Shown: positions 60,901 through 64,000 of the stretch, in pieces
Numbering within the stretch: the stretch's first letter is position 1
Layout of the letters: each line of letters begins with the position of its first letter
Assembly (NCBI RefSeq): GCF_964204645.1
Contig: NC_134032.1
Span: 16,515,252-16,579,251, forward strand
Reading direction: 5' to 3'
DNA length: 64,000 nt
From: Tubulanus polymorphus
Lineage: Eukaryota > Animalia > Nemertea
Program-made: the position numbers and the translations under genes
The notes under the pieces: model-generated
The model's input: only the letters and a program-made list of their open reading frames with translations
Database searches by the model: none
What the model was told of the DNA's origin: nothing

Positions 60901-62305
60901 TCACTGGTTGTAAAACTCTCTGATTGTTTAATATACACGCTAATACTTGTACTGTTTTACCTAATCCCATCTCATCAGCTAATATTCCTCCCGATAATTC
61001 ATCCTGTACTGTCGGTCTATTCTTCACTAAACTACAATTATAAAAACACTGCATCCACTTCCACAGTTATCCACACTTACGAATCCAGTTCAACAGTTCC
61101 GGACCTCGATTCTGTAAACAGTAAGAGGACCACAGGTGGACTAAAAAAACAGGGTCCTGAACTGTGGAACTGGGTCCTGAACTGTGGAACTGGGTTGTGG
61201 TTTCTAAATACTTACAATCCTCCATATTTATTGTAGTATAATTTTTCACCATCGGGTAAAAATATCTCTTCATATAAACAATGTGTATCATCATTAGACT
61301 GGTGCCCTGTAGATCCATTAGACCGGTGTCCAGTAACCTTCTCTTTTTTCAGCATCCAAGCGACGCCTTGTTTCTGGTATGGTCTCAGATGAGGAATCAA
61401 TAGCCAATGTTGCACTTCTAATTGCTCACTCTCTAAATTCAATTGTTTTTCATGAATTTCTTTGATGGCTTCAAATACAGTTTCAATATCACTTTCCTTC
61501 ACTTCTTTCTGATCATTCTTTAATTCATATTCTAAAAATATATAAACAAAAAAGGGATGGGAGGTAGTGGTGGGGAGAGGGTTAAAATCCGATTCTGTGA
61601 ACACCACTTACCGACTGATAATCGACAATTCGGGAAATAATACGGAATTATTTTATTCAAATGACTTTTTCTGATGCATCTTTCAGATGTAAAAGATAAT
61701 TGAAATACGTTTGAACGTGGATAGTTGATAAATATTTGTAATTGTAACGAATCAGTGTTTAATTGATCGACTGAACACAGTAATTTATTACTGTTTAAAC
61801 TTTCTAATATTTCAAACGGTATTTGAACTTCATCAACGATGAAATATTCAAACTTTCCACTTTTATCTTCGAAATAGATGAGATTTTTGTCTGGAATTCG
61901 AGATCCGTAAAACCAGAATAAACCGGTATTTTCTATCCGATAAAATATCCTCTCTCTATTTTCTTTGTTTAGCGCGATAGTAAAATCTCCCAAACGGTAA
62001 CAACTTTCTTTAACTGTTTTAAAAACACGAATGTAAAATTCACAATATTTCAATAGTTTATTCAGCTCTTCTTTCTCATGTGATTCCACATCAGTTGAAG
62101 ATGTTTGTGATGTTTGTGATTCCACATCAGTTGAAGATGTTTGTGATTCCACATCAGTTGAAGATGTTTGAGTACCAGTTAAATCCACTGTTTCCACATC
62201 AATCTCTCCATTCTCTGCTGTAGTTTGGGTTAAATTCCAGTTCAAACACGATCGTTTATCAGAATCAAATCTCAGTGGCTTCTTGGATTTACGTTTATTC
62301 GACAT
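54904..62305 (-). CDS. SHPRH: E3 ubiquitin ligase / SNF2 helicase SHPRH (multi-exon, ~24 exons)
   Basis: [13 protein letters not shown] (~61380), [14 protein letters not shown] (~60970), PHD finger CFCG..C..C..WQHAHC..YRCPHC (60690-60560), [76 protein letters not shown] (56040-55780), [36 protein letters not shown] and [16 protein letters not shown]. Mostly short GT-AG introns. Confidence 0.95.
56573..56808. repeat. 14-15-bp intronic repeat
   Basis: TTAACTCACTGACAG(G). Confidence 0.9.
58597..59621 (-). repeat. ~46-52-bp minisatellite (~22 copies) filling a SHPRH intron; each unit contains the splice donor
   Basis: Minus-strand unit GATCAG|GTAAATT(A/G)GAGAGAGTATGATAAACTAGGATTAACCGCTAACTG; the true donor is GATCAG|gtaaat at 59616/59615. 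Confidence 0.95.
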
Positions 62306-63419
62306 GTTTTATCCTTAGACTCGAGGACGGACAGACGAGGGTCTGAGGGTGAGACAACTGTCACTTAGTGAGAAACGCCAACTCACCCGACACAAGCGAA
62401 TTCTGCAAAAAAAAGGCAAATGGGTCAGTTTTTCACTTTTTTGGATGTTAAACTGTTGCGATCCAGCAGTCACAAAACTGTCGACCAGTAGCACGTGCTC
62501 CAATAACGTTCACGCCACCCTAGCTGTTACCATCGCGCCATTAATTAATCAGCCTAACAGTTAAAACTATTGTTTAACAAACCACACAGATTGTAAATAC
62601 TGAAATACTGAGAGATACAAAATAAAGAAAAACTGTTTCGTTGTCGATGTAACGAAATCCGGGTGAAAAAATAATGTTTAAATGCGGATGTAACAATTTG
62701 ATAACGTGCACAGTACTAAAAGGAACAGTTTTGAATTATTTTTGAAGACCACCCCGGTATAGCTAAAACCCGGGGTCACTAACCACAACGGTGAGAACTC
62801 TTAACAAGAAATGAAATTTCGCTCTAGGCTTACCCTAACCCTAGGGAGCTGGGCCCGAAAACAATCAACATATGGGACTCTCGACCTCACGACTTACAAC
62901 ACTGAGTGCCACTTGACAGACCAACTGCGACGACAGGGACCAACTGCGACTGACCTGCAGCTGTTATGACTTACTACAGACTGTTTTGATTGATCTAGTT
63001 ATTTATTCACTTATAAAAAATTGATAAATAATATCTGATAAGAAATGCTATAAGTATTATGTATAGACTGGGTTCAGCAATGAGTAAAACAGGAATGTTT
63101 GAAATAATTGTGCGCGTCACTGTCAGGGACGGAGTGACCAATGAGACGGGCGGGCAGACGGCTACAAAGATGTGGAACTTCATCGAGATTCGAGAATAAT
63201 AGGACGGACAAGTATTTCAGCCAGTGGCTCCCTCTATGCTATATAAGGCTCAAAATGGGGTCCCAAAATTAACTGTTTTTCCATATTACATGTAATTTGT
63301 AATAAAGTCCCTGGCTTCATTTAGCCTCAGATATACGCAATGCATAGGCCTAAACTCAATTCATGATATAGCCCTATATACATGATATCAAAAATACATA
63401 AAGATCTTGATGTAAACTA

Positions 63420-64000
63420 CCTAGTAATATTTGGCATAAATTTGTAATTCAATGTAATTCGCTGTAATTAAAGTGTAATAAGCTGTAATAACCATATAAA
63501 AAATATGTAATATTTGGCATAAATCTGTAATTCAATGTAATTCGCTGTAATTAAAGTGTAATAAGCTGTAATAACCAGATAAAACCTAGTAATATTTGGC
63601 ATAAATCTGTAATTCAATGTAATTCGCTGTAATCGAGGTGTAATAAGCTGTAATAGCTGTAATAACCAGATAAAACATAATAATATTTGGCATAAATCTG
63701 TAATTCAATGTAATTCACTGTAATCGAGGTGTAATAAGCTGTAACAGCTGTAATAACCAGATAAAACCTAGTAATATTTGGCATAAATCTGTAATTCAAT
63801 GTAATTCGCTGTAATTAAAGTGTAATAAGCTGTAATAATTGTAATAACCAGATAAAACCTAGTAATATTTGGCATAAATCTGTAATTCAATGTAATCGAG
63901 GTGTAATAAGCTGTAACAGCTGTAATAACCAGATAAAACCTAGTAATATTTGGCATAAATCTGTAATTCAATGTAATTCGCTGTAATTAAAGTGTAATAA
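63420..64000. repeat. AT-rich ~80-95-bp satellite running off the window end
   Basis: CTAGTAATATTTGGCATAAATCTGTAATTCAATGTAATTCGCTGTAAT...TAATAAGCTGTAATAACCAGATAAAAC repeated. Confidence 0.9.

Overview
Intron-rich, AT-rich eukaryotic genomic DNA from an invertebrate animal; a spiralian is plausible, but that is an inference. By reading splice sites I could assemble six protein-coding genes. (1) An AMPA-type ionotropic glutamate receptor (+, 17 exons, ~914 aa, C-terminal -TEV). (2) A type I membrane protein with seven F-type lectin (fucolectin/FTP) domains, with an F5/8 type C (discoidin) domain inserted inside the third (+, 19 exons, ~1380 aa). (3) A ninjurin (+). (4) A single-domain TagD-like cytidylyltransferase (+, 5 exons, ~231 aa). 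(5) A calsequestrin-like protein lacking the acidic tail (-, 10 exons, ~401 aa). (6) SHPRH (-). Introns and intergenic DNA are packed with minisatellites and microsatellites, which account for most of the long spurious ORFs. Notable non-coding features include a TSD-flanked palindromic insertion carrying a minimal hammerhead-ribozyme motif (Penelope-like), a tRNA-derived SINE-like family with TTAGGG tails and small palindromic MITE-like elements. Several tandem arrays are built from copies of splice donors or of the stop-codon region; one is a SHPRH intron made of roughly 22 tandem GT...CTAAC...AG 'mini-intron' units. Exon coordinates were read by hand and may be off by a few bases.
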